Part shown: positions 23,927-35,720 of the stretch, in pieces
Position numbering within the stretch: the stretch's first letter is position 1
How the letters are laid out: every line of letters starts with the position of its first letter
DNA from: Eledone cirrhosa
Lineage: Eukaryota
Length of the DNA stretch: 64,000 nucleotides
Direction of reading: 5' to 3'
Assembly: GCA_964016885.1 (NCBI GenBank)
Contig: OZ024745.1
Location: 48,360,001-48,424,000 of the forward strand
The notes under the pieces: generated by a model
What the model saw: only the letters and a program-made list of their open reading frames with translations
What the model was told of the DNA's origin: nothing
Database searches by the model: none
Position numbers and translations under genes: made by a program

Positions 23927-26002
23927 ACATCGATCCAATAGAGGGACCAACAGTGCAAGTTGAAGGTAGTATAATAAGTAAGGCAATCAAAGATATGAAG
24001 ACGGGCAAGGCGGCTGGGCCTTCGGAAATAGTTGCTGAAATGCTGAAAGCATCTGGAACGGTGGGACACACTATGGTCACCTGGATAGTAAACCAAGTTA
24101 TACAGAATGGGGTTGTACCAAAGAATTGGCGTAGCAGCATCATCATTAACTGCTACAAGGGTAAAGGAGACGCCCTAGATAGGGGAAACTATAGAGGCAT
24201 TAAATTAATTGACCAGGTCATGAAGGTCACAGAAAAAGTAATAGCACAACTAATCAGAGAGCGAATTGATCTAGATGAAATGCAGTTCGGGTTTGTGTCA
24301 GGTAAAAGTACCACAGACGCTCTTTTCATTGTACGACAACTACAGGAGAAGTACCTAGCTAAAAGTAAACCCCTCTACTTAGCTTTTGTAGACCTGGAGA
24401 AAGCCTTTGACAGAGTCCCCCGCTCCATTATCTGGTGGGCTCTTAGAAAACTAGGTGTAGATGAATGGCTTGTGAGAGCTATACAAGTCATGTATCAAGA
24501 AACAGTCAGCAAGGTTAGAATTAACAACGAATATAGTGAAGATTTTAGCGTAAGAGTTGGTGTTCATCAGGGCTCCGTCCTTAGCCTCCTCCTATTTATT
24601 ATCGCCCTCCAAGCTATAACGGAGGAGCTCAAGACCGGCTGCCCATGGGAACTTCTATACGCAGATGATCTAACGCTCATAGCCGAATCAATGGCTGAAC
24701 TAGAGAAGAAATTCCAAACATGGAAGCATTGCCTAGAATCAAAAGGCCTTAAAGTTAACTTGTCTAAGACCAAAGTCCTAATATGTAGGAAGTAGAATAG
24801 GGCACTAGTCCCATCTGGGAAATGGCCATGCTCAGTGTGTAGGAATGGAGTAGACAGAAACTCCATTTTATGTCCCAAATGCAAAGTATGGGTGCATAAA
24901 AGATGTAGTGGGATCACAGGTAAGCTAACTAAGAATATAGATTTTATATGTGGCCGGTGCTCTGGTGCAATAAGTAGCAGCAAATGCCCACAGAATACTA
25001 GCTCATTCCATTGCCCAGATGGTTCTATAGAAATAGTGGACACCTTCCGTTACCTGGGTGACAAAATCAGCAGTGGTGGAGGGTATTCCGAAAGTACTGT
25101 AGCTAGAGTCCGAACGGGATGGAAAAAGTTCAGAGAGCTTATACCACTATTGGCTGCTAAAGGTTTCTCTCTAAAAATAAAATGCAGGCTGTATGATGAC
25201 TGCATACGAACAGCGATGTTACATGGCAGTGAGACATGGGCCTTGTGTGCAGAGGATATACGCAGACTGGAGAGGAACGAAGCTTGCATGCTCCGTTGGA
25301 TGTGTAATAGTAATATACGCGAACGGCAAAGCATAAATGAACTAAGTGAGAAATTAGGAATAAAAGGGATCAGATGCTGTTTACTCGAGAGAAGACTACG
25401 TTGGTATGGTCACGTGATACGCATGAAAAATGGCAGCTGTATAAAAAAAGTGCAGGACGATCAAAATAGACAGTAGCTACGGAGTAGGCAGACCCAGAAA
25501 AACCTGGGACGACTTGATAAAATCTGACCTCACACACTTACACCTCTCCAAGACAATGTCACTGGACCAAGATCTTTGGCGCTACGTAGTAATACAGAAG
25601 ACCCGCCTTGCCTAAGTACAAAGCAAAACCTTGTCAGTAGGCACCTCTTAACCAAAATACACCCCTGCCCCACTAACCCTACCCACACCGCCATCTACAC
25701 CACCCCTTTCAATGTAAAGCTATGTTGGTGCCACAACATCCAGTCCTAAATAAATGAAGTCGTGTAGGTGTCACGACAAAAAAACACAGTCCACGCTGTA
25801 ATGTGGCCATGTAGGGAACACGGTAAAAACCTCCCAGTCCACACTGTAAATGTGGTTGGTGTTAGGAAGGGCATCCAGCCATAGAAAACCCACCAGACAG
25901 TCCTGAGCAAGACAACCAATCTTGCCTCAAGTGGGACAATTCTCGTCCAGACCCATGCTAGCGTGGAAAATGGACGTTAAACGATGATGATGATGATGAT
26001 GA
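23927..26002 (+). mobile_element. 5'-truncated RTE-clade LINE: RT domain, embedded PHD finger, C-terminus, 3' UTR, (GAT)n tail; inactivated
   Basis: RT motifs NYRGIKL, QFGF, FVDLEKAFDRV, GVHQGSVLS, YADD; in-frame TAG at 24793-24795; one extra A in run 25443-25449; restored frame ends GRPRKTW...TAA at 25613-25615. Confidence 0.95.
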
Positions 26003-26105
26003 ATACAAACAGGCAACATGTGTTGAAATTTGAAAAAAAAATTTATTATACAATAGAGTCTCTAACATATGTTTCAATACAGTTATGTAATTGCCTACAA
26101 AAGCT

Positions 26106-26170
26106 GAATTATTACATAATTCACTACCTTGCACTGTGTAGTTAAATTCTGCATTTCATCAGAGAAATTC
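26106..26170 (-). ncRNA. Degenerate type I hammerhead ribozyme-like motif at PLE 3' end
   Basis: Minus strand: gaatttct-CTGATGA-aatgca..aatttaact..tgca..-GAAt-tatGTA-ataattc. Confidence 0.5.
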
Positions 26171-26615
26171 GGGAGAAACTAAAGTCAAGTGGATGAGATT
26201 GTGCTTATATAGTAAATTATGTATGAACATAGATATATCATCAATATATCTATGGTTAAATATATTAGATAATTTACATGTAAATTTAAACAAGTTGAAG
26301 TGGTGGTAAAAACCTGAAAGTAGCCATTGTGTTAGTGGGTCATTAGAAGAAATGGGTGTGGTGACGTATATTTTGTGATTGGTCATATTGTGAAATATCA
26401 TTCACTATGGGTGTGGGCCTGTTAAAATAGGTAGGAGAGAGAATATATTTATAAAGAGGTAAAAGTTAGTGCAATATATAAAATTTATAGGAAAAGAACA
26501 AAGGATGAAGAAAGATAACGGAGATATTGCAGTTGATATCTATAATTTAGGCAGGTTGATGGCGCCAAGTGAGATATGGAGATAGAGGTAAATTGTTGAC
26601 GTTGAAATAAAGAGA

Positions 26616-26698
26616 TATAGAGGGTGTCCTCAAAATGTATACACTTTCATTAGCATGCTGTTGACGTCTGTATACATTTCTGGGGGACATCCTGTATA
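26616..26698. mobile_element. ~80-bp Tc1/mariner-type MITE nested in the PLE
   Basis: tatagagggtgtcctcaaaatgtatac / gtatacatttctgggggacatcctgtata inverted ends, TA-flanked. Confidence 0.7.
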
Positions 26699-28299
26699 TG
26701 GCTTTAATAAAAGGGAATTAATGTGGATATGTATGGATGCTGGAATTATCATGAAAATAGATGCAGAGATGTAGGATTGAATCTAATATAGTTGTGACAG
26801 TTGGTGGTGTTTGTGCTGTAGAATCTAATTGTTTGGTAGCATGTTATCTCTCCATTATCTAAAGTGATTTATAAGTTAGTTGTGGTTGGGTGAATATGAA
26901 AGTAAGAGGGTGTATTACCTAAGCTAGTGTTATAGAACAAATATAATGGTATGTGGGTTGATCAGCAGTATAGATGAAATATTCTCTACGTAAAGAATAG
27001 GAGAATTTATTAGTATGGATGGTATTTTGAAAAGGTTCTATGTTGGCAATTAAAAATCCTGTCATGTCTTGAGTTTAACAGATCTTTTCTTGTCATAATC
27101 TTCAATACTTCTGAGGAACAAAGTTCACAATTTCGCCTTTCCCTATGATAGGGCCTATTATATTTTAAAATCAACCATGATAACTCATACACTAGGTCTG
27201 GCTTTTTGAATACATATAGTCTTTTTCTTTTAAGTTAGAGGTGGTACCTCTGTATTTATACATTCCCAAATTCGTTTTAATATCATATGGGTAAAAGATA
27301 TTTTTAAACATACACTTTCCCATTAAGGAACACTTATTTGGCTGTCTACAATTTCAGTTTCTCCATGTGTCGATTGGAGTTTGTTTCCAATTAGGTAGTT
27401 AAGATGGTAAAAGAGATGTTAGTTAGTTGAGTAAGATTAACTCATTTGTTTATGAAGTTAGCAATTTGGATATGAATGCCATTGTTAAGTTTGTTAGGTT
27501 GAGTAGAGATTTTGTTAGTTCTGTTTATGCAGGTGTTATTTACCCTTTCAGGGGCAAGTGGGTTGCTTTTACAATAAGCACAGGGACATTGTCATGAAAT
27601 TTCTGTGGTTTGCTGTAGTTGAGATGGAAAGTTGGATGGTTTGTCTATTCAGAATCCTGTGGTATCTATGGGAGGGAGGAAAAGTTTTATCAGTTAACCT
27701 AAAGAAAAGATTTGAGATCTTAGTATTAATCTGATTGTTATGTGGAGGATTATACCATAGGTAGGAACTAGAGCAGGATTATTTTGATAGGGCCTTAGTT
27801 AGAGAATCTATTTGAATATTATTAGTGGTTTCATCAGTTAGGGGTTTTAAACAGTTACTCGCATGGGCCACTCTTGTTCTTTGCTTGCATTGGTATGAGC
27901 GTGAAGATTTCATCATGGATTTAAAGGGTTTCCAAATTCTTTCGCAAACTTCCTACTTTCCTTTGTGATTGAATGTAACCATTTCTTCCTTTTATGATCT
28001 GCAACCATTTTCAGCATCCAGTCATCTGTAGTTTTAAGGTATTATTGAGGTTACTGAGAAGTTGGTCTTTGCAGCCATAAGACCCACAGTGTCAACTTTC
28101 TGCTCAATAGGGAAAAGATGATTTTCATCCATAAATTTGTAGAAGGCATAAGAGGTAACTTAGCAAAGTCTAATGTCTAATGTAAGTAAGAAATATGACA
28201 AGGAAATACCTATATTGTATTCAGTGTAAGCTATGGGTACACAAGAGGCATATTGAGTTCACAGGAAAACTAACACAAAAAAGAGGTTTTAGGTGTGGC

Positions 28300-29156
28300 T
28301 AATGCAGAGGGGTAACTAGTAGTAAGAGCACCGGTAACATACACTCTTTCTAATTTAAAGAAGGCTCCAAAGATGTAGTTGATAGTTTCTGTTACCTAGG
28401 TGATCTAATTAATAACGGAAGGGTGGTAGTGCTCCAAAGGCAGAGTAACCAGAATAAGAACAAGGTAGAAAAAGTTCAGAGAGAAAATAGCTCTGCTGGC
28501 AACAAAGGGATTCTCACTCTAGACGAAGGGTAGATTATATGATGTCTATGCATGAAGTGTGATGTCACATAATTGAGACATGGACAAAGAATACAGATTA
28601 TATGCAAAAACTATAAGAGAATGAATCAAGCATGCTTAGTTGGATGTGAAATATTAATGTGTTTAAACAATAAAGCATATACATATATCACACACACACA
28701 TATTACGTATGTTTTTTTTGTGTGAATCTGTATTTACATTTATATAGATGATGATGATGAGGATATGTTCTCTCCTACCCTCTGTCACACTCCTAATACA
28801 CTTTTCCTGTCCAACCCATACATGCATGTAAAGCTGGATACTGTCCAGAATATACTACCAAGCACAACTCACTCTCTTCAAGGCCACCTCATGACATATC
28901 GCTCACTCTGCCACAGTACCCTGTGCCATGGCAAAAAGCATTCAGTCCATCATGTACGGTGGTGGTGGTGCCATGAAGAAAGCTCCTAGTACACGATGTA
29001 AAATGGTTGCTGTTAGCTAGGGCATCCAGACATAGAAAACTAAGCTAAAAATGGATCATGTGAGAAAGACATGGTCACCTGGTCTGTCTAGCCTCATAAT
29101 GTGACAGCGTGACTAACTCATATAAGCATGGGAAAATAGACGTTAACTGATGATGG
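28300..29156 (+). mobile_element. Old truncated RTE LINE
   Basis: DVVDSFCYLGDLI and KKFRE-like remnants at 28370-28660; RTE 3' UTR ending gacgttaactgatgatg. Confidence 0.75.
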
Positions 29157-29282
29157 TATTATCTTTTTATGTCCTGTGACTTCTCCCATCACCCCCAGGT
29201 ATGAAAGGTTATAGATAGACAAACGAATACAATGAAAAGAGAGTCAGCAAGACAGACCAACAGAAAAAGAAGAACTGTGATA

Positions 29283-29466
29283 TGGATTGGCAGTATTGGT
29301 AGAGAGTTGGACGCCATGCTTTGATGCATAGAGTTACGGCTCTTTTTATTCTGAGTTCAAATCCCGCCGAGGTTAACTTTGCCTTTCATCCTTACGGGGT
29401 TGATAAAATAAGGTACCAGTAATGAACTGGGTAATTGCTGGCTTTGTGCCAAAAGTAAAAACAATT
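29283..29466 (+). mobile_element. tRNA-derived SINE (same family as 8548); related copies at 30368-30514, 39144-39242 and older ones near 4080-4470(-), 5105-5300(-), 11570-11730(-), 13260-13370(-)
   Basis: High similarity to 8548-8736 including B box and central domain. Confidence 0.85.
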
Positions 29467-29779
29467 ATTAAGAGATACATTTTTGAGAAAAAACTCCATT
29501 CAGCTTATAGAATGCTTCTTTTTATTTTATATGCATGTTTTTAACTAATGAAATGGACTTTTTAGAAATAGTACTATGAAATCAAAGCCTTAACAGAGAA
29601 AGAGAGAATAGAATACAAACATAATATAGATTGAGTGATTAAAAACTTCACTTTATAACTAACCCATGTGATTTTATATTCAATACTACTCTGCAGCAAC
29701 AGCCTCGACTCAACCCAAGCCTTGTGAATGAAACTTGGTATATAGAAATTATATAGAAGCTCTTCAGATAGGCTGTACA

Positions 29780-29933
29780 CAGGGCCATATTTAGATCTTG
29801 TGGAACCCCGGAACAGTTTAGGTTTGGAGGATCAGGGGCAGTTCAGAGTGTGGCGGGCTATTCCTTGAGGGGCCCCTGTTTGACAAGGGGTGCTCAGGGC
29901 ATTCCCCCCCCCCCCCCGATCAATCCGACTCTG
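29780..29933. mobile_element. hAT-type MITE
   Basis: Perfect 8-bp TSD gctgtaca (29772-29779 / 29934-29941); imperfect TIRs cagggccatattta / tcaatccgactctg. Confidence 0.8.
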
Positions 29934-31559
29934 GCTGTACAAGCTCTTAAAAATGGAGTTAAGTTGTTGCCCAGCTGGGTTCCTTTAATTGAATAAAATC
30001 TGTTGCAAGCAATAACTATTTACTTCTGCCCACTATTTTGAAAGACTCTAACCCCACCTAAAAAAAAAACATACCATATTTTCTTTGCTTTTTTTTTTTT
30101 TATTAAAAAAAAAAGCAAATAAAATATGGTACCATTCTTTTGCTTTCTTTGAAAAAAAAAAAACAATTCATTCAATTTTCCATTAAATAAAATACAATAT
30201 TCATTTTTACATCTTCACTCGTTCTTGTTTTCCTTCCTCTGACTTATTTTTATTGATTTGTTTCTTTTGAAAATCATATTAATTATATAAATTGCGTGTA
30301 TTTACAATAGAAAATGGAATGTGTTGGCGTTTGCCGTCTGTTGTAAATGGTTTGAGTATATGCAACTGGGGCGGCTAAGTGGCACAATAGCTAGAACATC
30401 AGATAAAATGTTTTGCGGGTATCGTTTCAGCTCTCTGCACTCTGAGTTCAAAACCCACCGAGGTCAGCTTTGCCTTTCATCCTCCAGAGGTCGATAAAAA
30501 AAGTACCAGTGGGATCAATTCTTTCTCTGTTTCTGACTTCCTAACTATCACCCTCTTCTTTTTTGGAAGACATCCGCTGTATTCAGCCCCTGAGAGGTGG
30601 GCTTCGCCAAATTTAAAATGCATAACATATTGTATGTCATTACGGTGCCCCTATGATTACACCAGGAGATATGGGTCTGGAAAGTTCCTCGCCAAAGTGC
30701 AGGCCTATGCAAGTTTGTATATGTGTGCGTGTGCGCGCGCATTGTAAAAGAATAGTAGTTGCTTATATATGTAAATCTAAGCCTCTCTTCATACCAGCGA
30801 TGTTGTCCAAGGGCAGATACAGCTTGGGTACCTATGTCACTTCAAGTGTTGCAGCTGGAACAATTCCGGTGATCCGTACTTTATTGATCCCGAAAAGATG
30901 AAAGACATCGGCAATATCTGAACTGAGAGCGCAAAGAGACGGAAAAAATTATATGGTCTTATGATTCTGCCAAATACTTGATTAAGAGCAAAAATATTCT
31001 GAAGATTAGGTAGAGAATGGACAACATTCAAGTTATTTTTTAGCTCTAGGTCAGCCTTATTAAGTAGAAATACGAATAAAATGTTACCGCAGTGACCACC
31101 CCAGCACTACATTAATCACGGTAGGGTGTGATCTGATTTTGGTGGGATATTTGGCTGCTATTTCTAGTAGGTTGCAGTGGCTCCCCTTTCGACAACATTC
31201 TATTTTTTTTTACATGCATGCGCAAGAGGAAATAAATATACAAAGATGCAGCTTAAGAAAGCTGGTAAAATATAAACTCTTTTATTTTTCTTTCAATGGT
31301 ATATTGTTATAATATCAATTTCAAATTAGTAAATGTTAGATAACAAAGATGAAATATAGTTAATACTAATAATTACTAGCAGTTATGGTAGAAAGACCAA
31401 ATATAACATAAATGAATCGATTATGAGCGAAAGAAAGATAACAATAACAAAGAGGATAGAATTAAATACTAATAATTACTAGTAGTTAGTGTTGTGTACA
31501 GTAGTATAGAAAGCCCAAATATGAGATAATGAATCGATTATCAGTGGCAGAAGAAGACG

Positions 31560-31850
31560 GGGGAGAATATGATAATGACCTGGTGGTGACGTCAGTGAAA
31601 CAAGCGCGAGTTGGCAGCGATCTAATACGTCCATTTATTTAGTCGCTCGGCTTTTCCGCTCTTACATATAAATACGTGACTACTATATTACTGAACACCA
31701 CATATAACAAATTCTGTTAGTCTTATCATTTATGTTGGCTCAGTCTTATCGTTTCTCAGCTAAAAAGCCTCTAATTTAAAGTTATTTTTTTAACATAGTA
31801 TTGTATCTGAAATGGACCAAACTTCATCGACGACCTCTCACACAGGTGTG
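31560..31850 (+). promoter_or_regulatory. Candidate promoter and non-coding first exon of the IVNS1ABP-like gene
   Basis: Palindromic CRE TGACGTCA at 31587-31594, TATAAAT at 31667-31673, local CpG enrichment, possible donor cag|gtgtgt at 31845/31846. The first coding exon is preceded by a splice acceptor, so an upstream exon is expected. Confidence 0.4.
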
Positions 31851-34244
31851 TTCAATATTAATTTATCTCTCTCTATATATATTTAATGTTTCATTTTATT
31901 TATTTTTCGTTTATTTGTTATCTTCAGCTTTTTTTTTATATTATGATTTTATATATATAAATTACCAAATAACTACTTATCTTCATTCAAATCTTTTATC
32001 ATACTCGCTTTTACTTAAATGTTGCGCTTGGCTTCTAATTGCCATGACTTAAACAACAATGCACTGTTACATTATAAATTTTACTTTCTCATTCAACTTT
32101 TATGTAAAGCATTCACTGAATCGTAATATGATTTACCCAATCACATCTTTCAGTCAATATATAAATACGATGAATACGTCTTTTAGAAACTGATCTCTTA
32201 ACTTCAGTACGATTTAAAGAGAAAGCAGCATGGCGTGAAAGATTTCCTATATCTCTAGAAAAAAAGGTCCTTAATGTTTTGTCGCTTGGAATCAATATAT
32301 ACTGATAGTTATTTAGTGACTATCATGTTACAGATCCATTCATATATTTCCAATAAATCATTCAAGATGTCACCAAGAAGATCTACAGCTGGCTATTAAT
32401 TGTAGTTGAAAATTTATTTTAATGCCATTGTTATTCACCTGCTACGTTCTTGTTTATTACTGCAATCTTCAGTATCATCTAATATAACAAAAGGAGTTTA
32501 TCGCAACATTTTACTAACATTTTAAATAATAGCGTTTTTTTTTAAAAATATGTCCATTCTCGTAAAATTTACGCAACCAGTAACACGTGTTGAAAAATAT
32601 ATATAAAAAAATCATTTGGCAGCCTCAGAAGAATTATATATAGCTTGTTTAATTGAGGGGATTTTGTGGGGATGCAACCCGACTATTCAATATCCATCTA
32701 TTGCAGTAATTTTTAAATCTTAACGTGTCACATCCCACGGGTGGGCTGGTTAATATGTATATTTCAGGGAGCACACACTTTTTTTATTTTGTAAATTTCT
32801 AAATTTTATATTGAATGGGAGCATAACATTTTAAGGTTTCGTCATGAGGCGTGGAGCAAAAAGGTTAAGAACCAATTAATTCTTATTGTTTTAAGTTTTA
32901 AGGTTTTTTTTTTTTTGTAAATAAAAAAAAATTACGCTTCACATGTTTGTATAAGATTTATTTTCCGGCGCAAAGAGGCGTATTACCGAACCACATGATT
33001 GTTCAGAGTTTTATATATATATATAATATATATATATAGTTAAAAGAAGACAAAATTATGTTTTTTCCTATGCAAAATGAAACAAATTATTCATTAGACC
33101 ACGGAGATGTTCATAACCGAATATTTTCCGTTTTTACTGTAACAACAACGCGTCTAAAAATAAAATTCAATACGCGCTAGCGAGAGAGAGCCTCCACGTG
33201 GTTCATTGATCGATTCTTCTAGAAAGGTAGAATTAGAAATCTCACTCAAGTACTGAATAGTAAAAAAAACAACCCAAAACACGCTGCTGGATTTTCTTAA
33301 GATAAAGTTGTTGCTGTTTTATGCAACTTCTTGATAAAACTTAGGTAAACATGTGATTTATATGGGATTTGTGGTCATTTAATAAGAATAGCCACATAAA
33401 GATTCCTTCGTTGTTTCGTTGGGTTTAGTTTTTAGTCAAGTGATACTTTTTGACATAGGCAATGATTAAGATGTCTTTTCATTTTTCAGTATTTAAAAAA
33501 AAAATAGTTCTTTAATGAAAATTTAATCGATGGGCCCTGTGTTGCACAGTGAGTGCCAGATGACTATATATCTTTTTAGAATAAAACAAATTATTCAATA
33601 TCTTTCGAAAGATGTCAGAAAATGAGTTTATTTAGGGACGGAATTGAATTGTCAATTGGATTGGATCTTAGCATCGGCCGACTTGTTCTTTAGATGTTTT
33701 TCTTTTGAAGTAGTTTCACACCTTCCAATCCAGGTTATAAGTAACAAAAAAAAATGTTATTTAATATCTTTGAACGATCTGAGAAGTTACTCAATGCTAA
33801 AACTCTGACAGTCTCCTTGTAAATTATCAGCAACTAGTTCAGACAACCTTTCCATTTCAGCTAGTATTCTGGATCTTGAAAATGAGCTTCCATCTGAAAT
33901 CTTTTTTTTATGGTCGGGATCAGCCTTCATTCCATTCTCTCCTAGTCTTGCTCCATATTTTAAGTTTGTGCTCAAGTGACAGAATCAATATGCTTGCTGC
34001 GATTGACATGATATTGAAACCTATCACCGTACGCAACTTACTAATCTGACCCAAACTAAAAGCGAGTCTCTACAGTTTGTAAGCTTAGGCGTTACCATGC
34101 CAAATATTGGACAGACATCTGGGCTCAATTTCGTTGATCAACTGTCGATCTTCTGTGCGATTTTATCGCAGAAGCTTATTTCCTCAATTATATATCATTT
34201 TCCCATATATGAGCTTCCATCTGAAATACGAACAAAAGACAATG

Positions 34245-35720
34245 CATTTCGTTGTAGCATATGCAAAAAAGTTATGTTTGTGCCACCCATGCATGAGAAA
34301 ATGGTTATGGGATGGCAATTCTCGAAACTGGGATTCAGTCATTCTATGTACGTGTATGTATAAAATGAGCAGAACATACAAAAACAAAAAAAAACTGTAT
34401 TTTGTGTACAAAGCTATTGAGGATGGCATATAGCTTTCAGTATAATGCTAAGCTTTCCCTACATAATTTGTGTATACTCACTCTTTGAACAAAAAATACA
34501 AACTTGTTTATCCTCAATAAATGTGGGAATTTTTAAAGGCGTGGTAGCAAATGTTATTAAACCATTTTGGAGATATGCTGGTGTGTATATATACATACAT
34601 ATATACACACAAACACATACATGTATGCATGAGGATATGGAAATACTCGGTTTGGTGCGCGGTTAGCCCACCGGGAGTGAGAGACCTCTAGTTCCTGTTA
34701 GGACATCATTCTAGAAGGAAAACCTGCGACACGATGGCAGCCAATGATGCTGACTTGTTCTGTTTGGATACCTGTCACCGTTGTTCCGAGGGTGGGGTTG
34801 GTCCCGTGCAAGGCCTTTCTTCACATTAAAAAAATCTTCAAGCACCAGGCATCACTTGATCTAAACGTGTGCTGCATGAGCATGGCCTTTTCGTTTTTCT
34901 TTCGCTGCAGCATATGCAAAATAGAATCTAAGTCCTTGGAAACACAAAAAAGTTATGTTTGTGCCACCCATGCATGAGAAAATGGTCATGGGATGGCAAT
35001 TCTCGAAACTGGGATGCAGTCATTATATGTATGTGTATGCGGTGGATTGGCAGTATCGGTAGAGGGTCGGACGCCATGCTTTCCAGCATAGTTACGTCTC
35101 TTTACGATCTGAGTTCAAATCCCGCCGAGGTTGACTTTGCTTTTCATCCTTACGGGGTCGATAAAATAAAGTACCAGTAATGTACTGGGTAATTGCTGGC
35201 CTTGTGCCTAAAGTAGAAACAATTATATGTATGTGTATGTATAAAATGAGCAGAGCATGCAAAAGTGAATCGAGCCAGATATCATCATTCGAGATCTTAA
35301 TTATTTAATGTTGAAGTTTTATTCTGTATCCGGTATTGTTGTTTAATAAATTGGAAAACAAAATACATTTTAAAAAATTTGACGAAAGCTAAATAGAAGT
35401 TGCTTTCATCATAAGATGCTTTTAATTTATCATTTATGCTTCCGTGTTCTTTCTGTTTATTCAATTCAGTAAATAAAAAATAAAAATTGAAGGTTTCTTT
35501 GAATGGGTGTTTGTGATGGTTGGGATATTTTAAGTGCTGGTATGGCTTCCAGAACTATCCATTAAAATAAATTAACTGTATTTTGTGTACAAAGCTATTG
35601 AGGGTGGCAAATATAGCCTTCACTATAATGCTATAACTTATTGCGTATACTTTTTGAACAAACTTGTTTATCCTCAATAAATGCGGGAATTTTTAAAGGT
35701 GTGGTTGCAAACGAACGTTA
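34245..35720 (+). repeat. Local direct duplication (34245-34560 vs 34900-35720)
   Basis: Shared blocks gttatgtttgtgccacccatgcatgagaaaatgg, aactgtattttgtgtacaaagctattgagg, aacttgtttatcctcaataaatg. Confidence 0.85.
35040..35221 (+). mobile_element. Young tRNA-derived SINE
   Basis: TSD attatatgtatgtgtatg (35022-35039 / 35222-35239); absent from the paralogous block near 34340. Confidence 0.9.

Larger units (their letters stand above)
26106..27860 (-). mobile_element. Degenerate Penelope-like element (thumb/linker, GIY-YIG endonuclease region, 3' end with hammerhead-like motif)
   Basis: Minus-strand translations: YLWYNPPHNNQINTKISNLFFRLTDKTFPPSHRYHRILNRQTIQLS (~27750-27620), CRQPNKCSLMGKCMFKNIFY (~27345-27290), YKYRGTTSN, and WLILKYNRPY...CELCSSE...LLNSR...CQHR (27010-27192). 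These match the WFNPP / CNCR..CPL.G.C / C.LC..E..LLN.R..C.H pattern of invertebrate GIY-YIG PLEs. Confidence 0.8.

Noticed and set aside
24567-25334. Minus-strand ORFs of 158 and 94 aa
   Set aside because: Antisense to the RTE coding region.
33787-33975. 62-aa minus ORF (MSTNLKYGARLGENGMKADPDHKKK...) as an exon of a divergent gene
   Set aside because: No ATG start, no convincing splice sites and no recognisable motif; a 19-bp piece (atgagcttccatctgaaat) recurs near 34209, suggesting repeat origin. A BLASTX search would settle it.
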